Positions 25,551 through 38,110 of a stretch of 64,000 bases of DNA are shown piece after piece. The stretch covers positions 4,527,374-4,591,373 of the forward strand of contig MU054220.1 in the NCBI GenBank assembly GCA_013239625.1, given 5' to 3'. Both the position numbers and the translations under genes were made by a program. The notes below the pieces were generated by a model. That model did not search any database and was not told where the DNA came from. It worked only from the letters and a program-made list of their open reading frames with translations. Position 1 is the first letter of the stretch. Every line of letters begins with the position of its first letter. Source of the DNA: Lama guanicoe (lineage: Eukaryota).

Positions 25551-27135
25551 CTAAGAAAGAAAATACAGGGCCTTTGACACGGTTTAACGCTCTTTAAGGT
25601 GTACCTACTGAGTACTACCACCATGCCTTTGCAATGTTTAAGAAGCTATGAGGAATACAAAGGAAGAGTAAGGATGGGCTCTGACGAAAAGCTCCACTTC
25701 CAGAGAGGGCTGGGATTTCAGGAGCAGAACGGTTACAGCCAAAAGGAGGAGGACAAGAGAAGGTACACTGGCAGAAACAGTGTGGGCAAAGTTCTGAGGT
25801 GAGAACGCATGTGACTTACTCGTGTCAGTGATGACATAAACAAGAGTGAAGGAGTCACACAGCAGAACCGAAGGGTTCAGATTAGGGAGAGCCTAAAGTG
25901 CAGGATATGGAGTCTGAACCCTTGTAAGTAGGAACTTGTGGCACCAATGTCCATGCAAGAAACAAGACAAACTGTTCACCCAGGTGCCACCATTATAAAA
26001 GGCCTCTCGATTCCAAATGAGAAAAAAAGGAAAAAAAAAAGTACTCTGACCAACCACAGCATGTAGCTGATTTCAGCCAGAAGTTTTTGATTTATTTATT
26101 TAGAGAGGAAGTTACCCACAGATCTGCTATTTTTCCTACAAATGGTATCAACCACTACAACAATAAGAACAATAAAAATAAAAGCAGCTAACATTCATCG
26201 AAAGCTTACTATGTACCAGACATTCTGTTAGGTACTTAGCATGCATTACCTCATTTAATTATCACAACAACCTTATAAGATAGGTATTATTATCAGCTCC
26301 ATTTTATAGATCAGAAAGTCAAGGATCAGAAAAGTATTTAACTTTTGTTAAAGTAATTTGCTTAAAATTAACAATTACTTTGAAAGACAGAGTTAGTAAT
26401 CGTGGTCAAGCCTGTAACCAAAAGCCCCCATGTAGAAATTGCTGGGAATCAGGAGAAGGCTATGCTGAAAGAGCTGACTCTCATCCTGATGCCTGAGTTG
26501 CAAAAATGATGCCAGTATACTTTGCCTCTTTCTCTACAGAAAATTTAAATTCATTGTGCCAGAAAGGAAATTCTATGCTAAAGCACAGACGCCCCCCAGT
26601 GACCATCTCTGGTATAGCAGGCACTGTGGCTTAGGAGCCTGTTCCAAGTCGGGTAATCTTGACAAACTCAGAACACTACAGATGCTGAAGCTAAAGGAGA
26701 CTGGGCTCTAATAGCGAAACTAAAATGAGAATAAAAAGCTGGTAAGAAGGGTTGCAAAAGAACATATGCCAAGTAGAATCAGAAAAAAGAAAGCTCTGGA
26801 AGTTTCTATGAAGAAAGAGGAAAGTTGGCACCATTTGAAGTAATAAATAGTGAACAAACACAAATGGAGATAAACATGTCAACCACAGTTCAGCCAAACA
26901 AACTTCTTTGGTTCCTTGAACTCTCATCTCCCGTCACTTTCTGAGAAACACCAGCTGTTTCTCCTGCCAGGAACATTCTTCCCTGTCCCCTCTGACTGGC
27001 TAAATCCTCAGGGTTCCAATTAGGTTTTGAATCTCTGTTTAAGACTGGCTGTGGTACAAAGAGGCAATCGCATTGGAAAACATTCCAGAAAGGGAGACCA
27101 GGCGGCAACAACCGTGATCTCGGAGATCTACTTAC

Positions 27136-27239
27136 CCTCTCTGATGCCGGTCCTCTGTTTCCAGGGAACATCCCGACAAAGCTGTTCCAATACCCAGTTG
27201 GCTTCTTTTAAGTCAACAAAGCCAGGATACAAACACACC
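27136..27239 (-). CDS. ALKBH3: ALKBH3 exon 6: VCLYPGFVDLKEANWVLEQLCRDVPWKQRTGIRE
   Basis: 104 nt, atcaag|GGTGT ... AGAGG|gtaagt. Confidence 0.96.
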
Positions 27240-28753
27240 CTTGATGCAGAAAGAGCAGTTATTAACTACAGAACACAGGAAAAGATGGATTAGACTCTAA
27301 CCATTAGCAGAGAAAATTAATCTGATCTGCTTCCTTTCGTGGGTAGACAAAGTTACAATGCTCCGGATATAAAATAAACCTCTTTCATGTTAAGACAAAT
27401 AAAAGAAGCAATGAAGGAGGTACATGATGCCTTTTACAGACATGGTTCAAATACTGTCCCAGCACTTATTAGCTGTGAAACCTTAGACAAGTTACCTAAC
27501 CTCTCTAAATCTTGGTTTTCCCCATCTGTAACACAAAGATGATCTCTACCTCACAGGGTCACTGTGAAAAGTAGAATAACTAATAAAATGCTTGGCCCTG
27601 TGTTATTTTAGCAATTGGTAGTCTTCTGAGACGATGCCAATTGTAGGGAAAGCAATCATTTATAACTGTATCAAAATAAATATATCCAAAGGAGGGTTCT
27701 TTCTCTCATTGAATATACACATATTTCAACAATGCCAAGTCAGCTCAAAATTGTTTTGGATATCTTAAGAAATGTTCCAAAACCCCATGGAACAGTCTCT
27801 TCAACAGTCTTATTGGTAGTAAAATTTCACTCTTTGAAGGTGCATTTGATTTTTTTTTATCAGTATAACAAGTAATTTATTAATTAATTTTAACCAGTTG
27901 CCCAATTAAAAATGATTGAATCTGAATTATTACTTTTTTCTAGTTTTACTGAGATATAACTGACATACAGTTTATGGTATACAGCATAATGATTTGACTG
28001 AAAAAGCCAAAGCTCTCCTGAAGCCATACCAAGTTAACAATGAGATATGACCAAAATAATGCAACTGGTTTTCTTGTAAGAGTATTAAACTTACTTTAAA
28101 CGGAAGGTTCCTAAAAGTTTTAACAATGGCAGCGCCATTGGACTATAATTATAGAGACTTCCAACTCTGACAGAAACTCATCTAAGCAATTCATTTAGAC
28201 ATATAAGTTTTGATTTTGTTTTAAATGTCTTATTATTTTATAGTGACATACATTAAGGTGATGCTTTCAAAATGTTTTTAAACAATGACTAACGCTTAAT
28301 ACACTCTAAATCATATATGCTTTAATTTTGTTAAACTCTAACCTTATGTAGCAATATAATATAACAGTATGTATTATATATAATGTATGATTAATAATAC
28401 ATGTAGTAACAATGTAATAATAATATAATGTATCATTCATAGCACAGAAGTTGAGGCTAGACCCAAGTCTAACATTAAGTTATTATGTAGCACTAGGAAA
28501 AAGTACTCAATCTCCCTGGACATCATTTCCTCATCTGAAAAACTGGGGAAGTAATAGTTACTGTATCTGACAGAGAGGCAATAAAAATGTTTTGAAGCTA
28601 GAAATGCTGTATAAAAGGAGATATTACCAAATATCTGCTCCCCAAGGATTTAAGGAGCAGAAGTTTCCTACTTTAAGCAAGGGAGTAGACTATTTTAAGA
28701 GACTATAACTCAGTGATAATTATAGAATCTTTCTAGTGAGAGGATTCACTTAC

Positions 28754-28801
28754 CTAGACATGCCTGTGGGTGACAGGCTGATTTCATACACACCCTCTTT
28801 A
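28754..28801 (-). CDS. ALKBH3: ALKBH3 exon 5: KEGVYEISLSPTGMS(R)
   Basis: 48 nt, ttttag|TAAAG ... TCTAG|gtaagt. Confidence 0.96.
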
Positions 28802-31263
28802 CTAAAAAAAAAAAAAACAATGAACACAGACTTGTTAGTATAAGATAAAACAATACACTCCATGGAGCAGAAGGAAGGGCTGTCCTTTGGAGTTCCCAAA
28901 GTCCCAGTTCACCAAAATCATTCACTATGAGGGAGACACAACTCTGCTTTCCTCTACCACTGAGATAAAGGGCAAGATGGTGGTACATCATTAAAGGCGC
29001 TGGGAATAGAATCCTGACAAAATCAGGCCATGGAGATGAAAATAAGGATAAAATAAATTCTGGTTCTATCCCTTTATATTTCACCCGTAATTCAGGCTGA
29101 TTGGTACAGGAATCTATCATATGAAGGAGTGCCAAATAGAGCACCCCCTTGGAGACTCTGGAATAGATACATTAAACAGAAGCAAGTACACTTCAGGGCT
29201 CTGAGCTTCTGTTGCTTTCAAAGATTCATGTCTAATGAGGTTCCTCCTTTGATTAAAGTCCTTCAAAGGCTCCCCATGAACTTTTCAGCATTGCATTCAA
29301 GGTCCCCATGACCTAGCTCTACCTCCTGACAGTTCCCATGGACTCATCATCCTCCAGCAGTAATTACTGCTTAGAATCTCCTGAATATACCCTATGTTTC
29401 TAACCTCATGATTTTCTACATGCTGGGATGCCTCCCCACCATTCAGCACCCCCAATTCAACCCACCCCCAGCTTTGGTCCAGTGGAAAATTCTAATTTAT
29501 CCTTCAAAATTTCAGCTCAGCATCACTTCTCTAAACCTTTCCTGACCTGTAATCCAGGCAACTAATGTTAACTATCGCATCCTCTGAGCTATCACTACAC
29601 CTTACTTGCAAGTCTACTGTTTCATGATATTCAGGATTATAATGTATCTCATTACATGTATATTTCATTTACTAGACTGTGAGCTCCTAAGTGGGTAGAA
29701 ATGGGTTATAACTCTGTTTCCTAGTGCCTAGCACATAATAGATGAGCAGTAAAAAGACTACTGAAGTCAACCAAATGTGCAAAAGTACAAAACTGTTTCA
29801 GACGGGCAGGATGGTGAGGTCTATGACCCACTGTGGTGAGAAAAGTGACCCAGACTAGACAGGTGCCTCAGTCAAGAGAATTGTATCAGACCCTTTTCAG
29901 ATACAGATAAGTTATAGAAAATAATATAAAGGGAGAGTATTTACATCACCCTTTACCATACGAGTTAATAGCTCATGATCTCTGAGCAGGGCTCTCAGGA
30001 AGGTGTGTGAGCTACTCTGAGCCAAAATGTAGGCAGTTATTGTCATAAACATTTATCACATTTTAAAACATGTTGCCTATAAAGTTTCTCAGAGTGTGAA
30101 TATAATGTTTCAGTGTGATATATTTTGGGCCACATTTAGAATATGGCTCACCTCAAATGTAAGGACATTTCTGACTATTAAAAAAATCTAACATAGCTAA
30201 CTTTAGATAAACAGAACAGACCCCAGGGTCAAGTAGGAATGAGTCCTGTCATTTTTTTTCTGACTTGTGAATTAACAATTATCCATTTTTTCAACCTAGA
30301 TGTCCCATCTGTATCTTGTAACAGGTTTCGTGGTTTTGTTTCTTCTCTTCACCACTAATGGAGGCAGTATCACATGGGCATTTGCAAAACAATCAAAGAC
30401 TATTAGAGCTACCAGACTGGGTCTTAAGTGATATACTCCAAACCCTTAATATTATAGACAAGGAAACAAAAGTCCAGAGAGATGGCAATAACTTACCTAA
30501 GGACTAGTTACAAAGCTAACTAATGGCAAGGCCACAACTACATAGCCTCTCTGAAAGTATGATGACATTTGTTAGTTTCAAATTTTTCTAAGATACACAA
30601 GTCAGCCTGCAAACAACCAAACAGCTTAACAGATTGCTCATGAGCAATAATATACACATAATACAAATTTACTAAAATAAAAGGACGCTTTCTACTGATA
30701 ATTTACCTGCATCAGATGGAAACCGAGAAGTAGGAAAAGAGGAGCCAAAGCACCTTTCATCAATTTTGGAAAATAATGTTTTCGATGCAGATCAATACAA
30801 GAGAAATGCTTACTATCATCTAACTGCTCTGGAACAATTATGTGGTTTTACTAAATGAACTGTAAGATCATCTAGATTTTTAGCAGTTTTCAAAAGCATC
30901 GCTAGTAAAATGGTACCTAAAGGTTTTTCAAAGAGCCATGTTTCCATGACTCAGGAAAAATCCCTCTCTGTCTTTACCTAGAGGTATTTTAGTTTACTGT
31001 CCACAGATACAAGGTGAAATAGGGTCAGGAAATCTACATGAGAGTCAGAGTTTAACGTACAGATATCTTGCTGCATTTTCCACACCATCAGCAAATTCAG
31101 AAAGGCTTCTCAAAAGACCAACTTTAAAGACATCTGAGACAGGAAAATCCCAACCTAAAATTTAGACACTAATTGGGCTGTTATCTCTTCCAGATGGAAA
31201 TATCAACGTGAGGGAAAGATCCTCGGCTCTCCAATAGTTTCAGGAGGGCAGCAAATTACTTAC

Positions 31264-31298
31264 TCGATCACTCGTGGCTCTGGGGCTCTGCGTACCAC
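31264..31298 (-). CDS. ALKBH3: ALKBH3 exon 4: VVRRAPEPRVI(D)
   Basis: 35 nt, ttgcag|GTGGTA ... ATCGA|gtaagt. Confidence 0.96.
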
Positions 31299-32102
31299 CT
31301 GCAAGGAAACAGCCGGGTCTTATTTCTGACATGATTCCCAATCCTCAGGGAGGCTTACTTGCAGGATTACCACATCCTCTCATTTCCAGTCAAAAAAATC
31401 ATGTTTAGAACTATCCCTTTTTCATCCTAAGCTCTTACTAACCCACCAGAAACTCTTGTTTCTGTTCTTCTTAAAACTACTTCACTGTTACTTAAGAGCA
31501 GTGAAAGATGACAAAATTAGAATTAATCCATTTCCCAGCAGCCAGCAGCACTGGAAAAACCTTCTTTATAGGGGATTTTTAAAAATAGAAGATACATTAT
31601 GAAATAAGGGGTTTTAATCATTATTTATACAATCATTTCTACAACAAGATGTCTGATTTTTAGCTTTTCACGTGTTATTAAAACAGGGAATCTTCACCCA
31701 TTCTTACAGTTCTCCCAGTGGAAAAAAAAAGCTAAAAAAAAAAAAATCAGGCATTGTAGTAGCTGAAATTTCAATCCAATTCCAGAGATATCTAGCATAT
31801 TTTAGGATTGTTAGAACTTAGCTCACTAATGCAGGTGCTAGTCAAGGTATATCCTCTAATCTCTAGTTATGGTATGCCTCCATGCCAAAAAAAGGGAATT
31901 ACATATGCCTATAAATTGGGGGCAAACTACAAAGAATCCTCAGACATACGAAGGAGCTGATGCTCTACATTTCACTATTACTACAGTCCTTTCAACTCTC
32001 CCTTTATCAGCAAATTTATTGTTACTATTTGAGTATCTGGTGTGTAAATACTGCTTTTATAAATAAATCTCTGTTACTGTTGAAGAAGAAACAAGAGTTT
32101 AC

Positions 32103-32206
32103 CTCCTGGGGTTCTTTGAACACAAAGTGTCTTCCAGGCAGATGATGCTCCTTGTTCGTCCAGGTCTGACCAGGTCTCTGTTGGAGATGGTTCTCAGCAG
32201 TGGTAG
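32103..32206 (-). CDS. ALKBH3: ALKBH3 exon 3: ATTAENHLQQRPGQTWTNKEHHLPGRHFVFKEPQE
   Basis: 104 nt, cttcag|CTACC ... GGAG|gtaaac. Confidence 0.96.
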
Positions 32207-32590
32207 CTGAAGCAAGAGAGAGAGAGAGGAGACTCAAACCAGGAAGAAGTCTGCTCTCCTCACCCCCTGCTGAGCAAGGACCAATGAAATTCACTTGGAG
32301 AACACCTCTATGACATCTAGAAATTAGTATAATCAATCAAAGATCTCAACTCACACAGTGAAAGGTTCGAGAATAGTGACTAAACACAAGGAACACTAAA
32401 GATCAACCCTTAGCTCACTGACAACATAATCAGAAAAAAAATAACCAGCTACATTTTAAATAATTCCTTACCATCCACTGAAATGGGTGTCCACTATAAA
32501 GGGCAAAGGGATATACAAAAGGAGGATGATGCCTGTCCAGGTCCGCATGCACGCACACATGCACGCACACGAGATCCCACAGGTTCTTGC

Positions 32591-32669
32591 CTGGCTGAGC
32601 AATGGCCTGGCTCTTAGCACGGCCAGCCCAGGCTCCCTGCACTCGGGCTCGCTGTCTTTTGTCCTCCAT
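32591..32669 (-). CDS. ALKBH3: ALKBH3 coding part of exon 2 (whole exon 32591-32739): MEDKRQRARVQGAWAGRAKSQAIAQP
   Basis: aacATGG at 32669; acceptor ttttacacag|GTACC; GC donor CCAG|gcaaga. Confidence 0.95.
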
Positions 32670-32692
32670 GTTGACCAAAAAGGCTTCTGCTT

Positions 32693-32731
32693 TTAGCTTT
32701 CAGAAGATTTCATTTCTGATTCAAACCACAT
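32693..32731 (-). other. uORF in the ALKBH3 5' UTR (MWFESEMKSSES*)
   Basis: First ATG of the predicted mRNA, A at -3; stop ends 23 nt before the main ATG. Confidence 0.7.
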
Positions 32732-34179
32732 GATGGTACCTGTGTAAAAAAAAAAAAGATGTGTTTAGTTGAGGTTGTGTGAGCTTGGACCACCAAGGGG
32801 TAATTATAATCCTTTCAGACAGACAAGATGGCTCAAAAGCAATCAGAGCTTCTATATAAAATCAACTTCTGTCATCACAACATCTCACTCAAGGAGCCTA
32901 TTAAGTCACTGGGGATGTTGCTTTCAATGTGTACCTTTTGCAGTGTTCATCTTATCACAGTACTTTGACTTCATTCACAAGAAAATAAGCATTAAAAAAT
33001 GCTAAAAGCAAGGTCTATCATAAACTACAATACTCTTAATAGTCCCCCAAGAGCAGAACACAAGAAAACTGTAATACTCCACCTACGTCAACATTCAGAA
33101 ATAGCCTAGGACTCAGTTTCCCAGGGTATTTCCATATCCCGTTATCACTGGCTGCAACAAACTTCCATGGAAGCTTGTTAAAAACACCCCTGGCCTGACT
33201 CAGAAGATCTGATGTAGGCTGGATACAGGTGTTTTGTCTTTGTAACAGGCATTGTAGGAGATGTTGATAAGCAGGTAAATATAGGACTACAAGGTTAAGT
33301 GGCTCACCTAGTGTCACTCAGGAAATCAAGAGTAGGTAGATTACCGTTCAAATTTTATTAAGTTCCAGTTTGCAGCGGATGAAAAAATCCACCTCATAAT
33401 GGCCAGTAATACTAACTTGACATTTCTGCCAATAAAAGTTTAGCCCACAGCAAATACAGGAGCAAAAATATACAGCTACCAAAAAGCCGGGGGTGGGGGG
33501 CAGGGGAGGTACTGGCCATCTGTTGCGAACCTAAAGTCCGTTTCTTCATGGGTTTAGGACAGCCTCACATGTGAAGTTCTCAAAGATAACAGGCTCGCTT
33601 TATGGGTTGCTTAGCCTACAGATTCTCAGCCCCACTTCCAGAACTTCTGATTCCAAAGAACTAAGCTGAACCCAGGAATCTGTTTAACAAATCCCCCCAA
33701 GTGTTAAGTATGTAAGTCTTCTCATTTAATAGGTGGGAAGAGGACAGAGGCTGCCATCTGCCCCAAAAGTTAGTGGCAGACTCAAATACAACCTCTTCAG
33801 CCCCACAAGATCTGTAGAAGCCCTCGTTCGGCATTTTCTCTCAATTGAGGCCTTAAAAGCTTAGCACGACAAATCACTCTTGTTGTGTTCACAGGGGAGC
33901 GATGGATTACATGCACGGTAGGGCTGTTGAAAATACAGATAGCAGAACCCCATTCTGGGCCTACTGAATTCCCGGAGTGCCAGAAACTAAGTAATCCCAC
34001 CTTCCAACCCGGGATTCTTTACCCAAATAAAACACGAGAATACTGCTGCAGTGCAGAGCAAGGGCTCTGGCGGCAGCTTTGAATCCAGATGTGACACTTC
34101 GCAGAGACATGGCCTGTGGCAAATGACTTCACCTCTCTGAGCCTGTATTTTCCTCTGCAGGCAGAGGAACCAATACCTC

Positions 34180-35000
34180 TCCCACGGTCGAAGTGCGGAT
34201 CTTCGCAGGTGAAAAAGCCTGTTCCCCTCAATAAGGGTTAGCAACTCTCCCTATTTTAGACCCTTTAGACCCTTCCTTTCCGGGAGGTCCTAAACGAGGT
34301 CCCGGAGGTCGCTCAGGAAGGGACCTCAGGGGCGGTCCTCACACTCGCAGCCCCCGACCACTCAGCCGCAAGCCGGCCAGCCGCACCTGCCCACGGAGCC
34401 GGGCGTGCAGGTTCAAAGCCGCCCGTTCTGAAGCAAATCCAGACGTCCCCGGCCTGCTCCGCTGCCGCCCGCGCTCCAGGGAACCTTGAGAGCCGGGTAC
34501 CAACTCCAGCAACTCCCAACCACAGGCCGGGTCGTCGGGCACTTCCTCTGACGTCACGCGCCGCCGCGGCCGCTTCCGGCGCCACCACCTGGGATCCGGG
34601 CAGGTCAGCGTACCCTGAGCCCGGAGTGCCGAGTCGCTGAAGGTGCCGATGGGAGGGCTGGGATCGGAGGGGAGCGCAAGGTTTGAGGGTGCGGTGGAGC
34701 CCCCGAGGGCCGGGATATATTGAAGGTGGGGATGACGACGTGTTTCCTAGGCCGAGGTCCCTCCTCGCCCCGCTCTGGCGGGGAACGTCATTCCCCCACA
34801 GCCGCTACTGGAGACGAGCAAGCGCCCGCGTCTTTGGTCTGTGCGGAAAGAGCGACTGAGTCCCAGTGGGGCTGGCGGAAGGGCGAAGGCATTGGGGGAC
34901 CTGGTCCTGATGTGCTGAGCAGAAAGATTTTACTTGTATCCTGATGGCCGTTGAGAGGCTAAGATGCAGCATTGCGGCCTGTGCATACCTCGATCGTAGC
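34180..35000. promoter_or_regulatory. CpG-island promoter of ALKBH3 with a perfect CRE (TGACGTCA 34549-34556) flanked by ETS motifs (GGAAGTG 34540-34546 and CCGGAAGC 34572-34579, minus strand)
   Basis: Dense CpGs, GCGGCCGC at 34566-34573, motifs read directly. Confidence 0.85.
34343..34560 (-). other. ALKBH3: ALKBH3 non-coding exon 1 (TSS approximate)
   Basis: GC/CpG-rich, no ATG, candidate donor CTGCGAGT|gtgagg at 34342. Confidence 0.65.
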
Positions 35001-37208
35001 ACTTAGAACAGGGCATGGCGCCTTATTCGTCATGGCTATACAGTATTAATAGATTTTGCTTGAGAAAAGATGCCAAAGTTTCAGTTTATACGCCATCGTT
35101 TACTAGGTGCATAGTCTAGGTCGAGTGCCCTGCTTCTTTATAAAATGGTCATAGCTTTTGTTGGGAGGATTAAAGGAGATAATGTATTTTTAAAGAATTA
35201 GCATGATACCTGGAACGCAATACAAACTCAGTAAATGTTGGGTAGCTTCCCTTAACCCCATCTGAGTTCTTGAGAAGTATCTTTAAAGTGGCCATGTTGA
35301 ACCAAGTACTTTACAGTGTGAAAATAGCAAAAGTAGCACTAAATTAACTGTTTTGTACAAGTTACTCTCATAGCTCTATCAAAGGGTAGCCACTGTGGAA
35401 GTCTTTAAAATAAACCTTGTATTATGTAGTGCTTACCTGCAGAAAGCTCAGTGTACCTCCATCAACTTCCCTATATTGTTGCTACTATCAAATCTAATTT
35501 CACAGCATCCATTATTCTTTGGTATGCTTTGTGACATTGAAGGGAAATGATTTATCCTTGAACTGAAGTGAAAAAAAGTGGTAAGGCTGGACTATCATTT
35601 TTATCTCCCCCCTTCATCAACTAACAATTTGTAAGTGTTGCTTCTGGCTCTGGAACCTTGTCTGTATCTTGCAAAGGATGTCATTTCTTTCCTTTCAATG
35701 ATTATGGTTTTGGAACAGAAACAAAGAGGTCCTGGATTGTTCTCCAAGTAGAACATGTCTTAGAAATTAACCCATGGTCTGCTTGCACCCAGAATAATGG
35801 TATCACCTTTAACACATTTAACAGAATCACTTATGTTTTTATCAAGTACCCAGGGTGATTCTGATGCACAGAGTGTTTGAAAACCTTTGGGATACATGTA
35901 GTGTGACAGGTTGTTCTAGTTTGTCTGGGGCTGAGGGATTTCTCAAGATGCAGGACTTCAAGTGCTAAAACTGGAACAGTCCTGGGAAAACTGAGATTGT
36001 TGGTCATCCTAGATACATGTGAGTGTATAGTTGTAGAAAGTTTTTTTTTTTAATTTAAGATGTTCTCGATGGGTCTTGGCATCCTGGATTTCTTCATTTC
36101 TATTTGCAGTAGTTGTGTTTTTATTAGAGGCCAGTAACAGAGACCACGGGAGAGAGAATGAAAGTGGGGTGCATTGCCAGTCACAACTCATTGATTCTCA
36201 GGTCCAACCCTATTCTTCACTGCCCTCCTTGCAGTACTGGAACATTTCTCTCTTGCCATCTGGCCCGGCATTAAGCTTCATCAGGAGAGAATACTGGAGG
36301 GACATTAGAGGAAGAAGAAGCTCTTTTCCCTGACTCCAGTGTGTTCCTCTCGGTTGGCTCTGCAGCGCAGTGGCCAGCTGTGGTTAGAACCTGTCTGTGG
36401 GCTGAATTAGTTGAATTTACAGCCTTGTTAAGTTTCTCTTGTGAGGTTAAGACATCATTTGGGAAGGCATGGGATCCCAAAACTTGAAATAGGGAACATC
36501 TGCTTGGACCCAGATGAAACTGACCATCTTGAACACCCAAGTCACCCTGAGTCTCCCTTGGCAGTGGAAGTAGCTTGCCCTCCTGTGTCTGGGGAGACTA
36601 GTCATCCTTTGCTTGAAAACCATATGAAACCCTCACCTGGAGCAGACACCTTGAAATGTGCAGCATAGGTTTGTACTTCCTGATGGGCAAGTGTGCTTCC
36701 AGATTTGTGCCTTCCTGCGTGTTCTGCCTTGACATAGAGGCAGGTGGTGGCTTCTCCCTATATCTGCTATTTCTGCATATTAGTTTTCCTTTCCCCTTTG
36801 TAAGTAATACCCTGTCATGGTTAATAATTATTTTTCTTGGTTGGAATTACTATGTGGTTTCTGTCTCCTGTCTGAGTCCTGAGTCTATACAATGTGATTA
36901 AGATCAGGGATGAGAGCAATGGCTAGCAAGTGGCTGGCTCCAGGGTGGGCCTTAAATTGCAAGTAATTGGTTTGCCTCTGATTAGGAGCCTTATTATCTC
37001 TGGCCCTTCATGCCTGTACTACCTTCTTGTTTCTCTTCAACTGAGACGACCCTCCTGAAGTCCAATAGGCTTTGCTGGGTCCATTCTCTTGCCTTTACTC
37101 TGAAACCAGCATTTCTCAGCATGTGGTTGGAAGACCATCTGCATTGGAGTCAGTAGGGGATGCTTGTAAATATGAAGATTCTGGACAACCCCGTCAAAAT
37201 TCTGAGTT

Positions 37209-37303
37209 GGGGGAGGAGAGGAAATAGCTCAGTGGTAGAGTGCAAGCTTACCATGCTCGAGGTCTTGGATTCAATCCCCAGTACCTGCATCGCCCCCCCC
37301 CCA
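37209..37303 (+). mobile_element. tRNA-derived SINE (camelid type) inside a MER5-like element
   Basis: A box tagctcagtggtaga, B box ggattcaatccc; flanking attctgagtt duplication. Confidence 0.85.
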
Positions 37304-37369
37304 AAAGATTCTGAGTTAGTAGATCTGGAGCAGGGCCCAGCAATTTGCATTTTCAATAGTGCCTTGTTT

Positions 37370-37470
37370 CATTTTGCAAGAAGCTTCAAGAGCTAAAGGG
37401 TTACATTTTGCAAGAAGCTTCAAGGGCTAAGGGTTACATTTTGCAAGAAGCTTCAAGAGTTAAAGGGTTA
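37370..37470. repeat. Three-copy 33-34 bp tandem repeat cattttgcaagaagcttcaagRgYtaa(a)gggtta
   Basis: Units at 37370-37403, 37404-37436 and 37437-37470. Confidence 0.95.
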
Positions 37471-37989
37471 CTTTTTCCAACTGCCTGCTTTCTTCAGGTG
37501 ATTACTTTTCCACTCAACAGTTAATCTCATCCCCTGGATGACAAAACTGATAGTTACTTTAAACGCTGGTAGCTTTTAGAAATAATTCTGGGTGAGGTGC
37601 ATGCTGTAGCCTGTTTTCAGTTGCCAATGTTCACACCAGACTCTTGCCAAACATTCAGTCACATGCTGCTTGTGGAGCCCCTCCTGAGAAAAGCCAATCC
37701 AAGGCAAATAACGGCCATCATGCTAACAGTTCTCCATGAAGGTGTCACAGAGAAATTCCCAGCTCGTGTCTCAACTGCCAAAGGCTTGGGTTTCTCAGCT
37801 TGAGGGAGGAGGTTTTCAAGTCTCTGCCAACTTTAAACAATGTTGAGGAAGAGAGGATGCTTCCCCAGACTCCAGACAGGCACTCCTCCTGTTCAGTGCC
37901 CAGCATGATTGCAGATGCTGCCAGAGAGATAATCTTCCAGTAAACCACAGTGTAAATGATAGGAGGTACAATTAAAGAACATTTTAATC

Positions 37990-38110
37990 TGGGCGTGGGG
38001 TATGGCTCAGTGGTAGAATTCGTGTTTAGCATGCACAAGTTTCTAGGTTCAATCCCCAGTACTGCCACTGACCAAAACCAACCCAAACCAAACCAAAATA
38101 AAACAAAACC
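37990..38110 (+). mobile_element. tRNA-derived SINE
   Basis: tggctcagtggtaga...ggttcaatccccagtac, followed by an (AAAAC)n-like tail. Confidence 0.85.

Larger units (their letters stand above)
2445..34560 (-). other. ALKBH3: ALKBH3 gene span (10 exons; Fe(II)/2-oxoglutarate dioxygenase, m1A/m3C demethylase); both ends approximate
   Basis: Nine coding exons of 79/104/35/48/104/89/210/99/129 nt splice in frame to 897 nt (298 aa + stop) matching ALKBH3; CpG-island 5' end; lies downstream of HSD17B12 as in human. Confidence 0.97.

Noticed and set aside
34313..35002. Several 65-91 aa ORFs in the CpG island
   Set aside because: Expected in GC-rich sequence; mostly non-ATG starts and no homology recognised
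37209..37303. tRNA-like sequences with A/B boxes (also at 37990, 44820, 59300, 62000)
   Set aside because: Multiple diverged copies with A-rich tails and TSDs and no convincing cloverleaf: SINEs, not tRNA genes
37370..37470. Direct repeats of CRISPR-like length
   Set aside because: No spacers, mammalian context; simple tandem repeat
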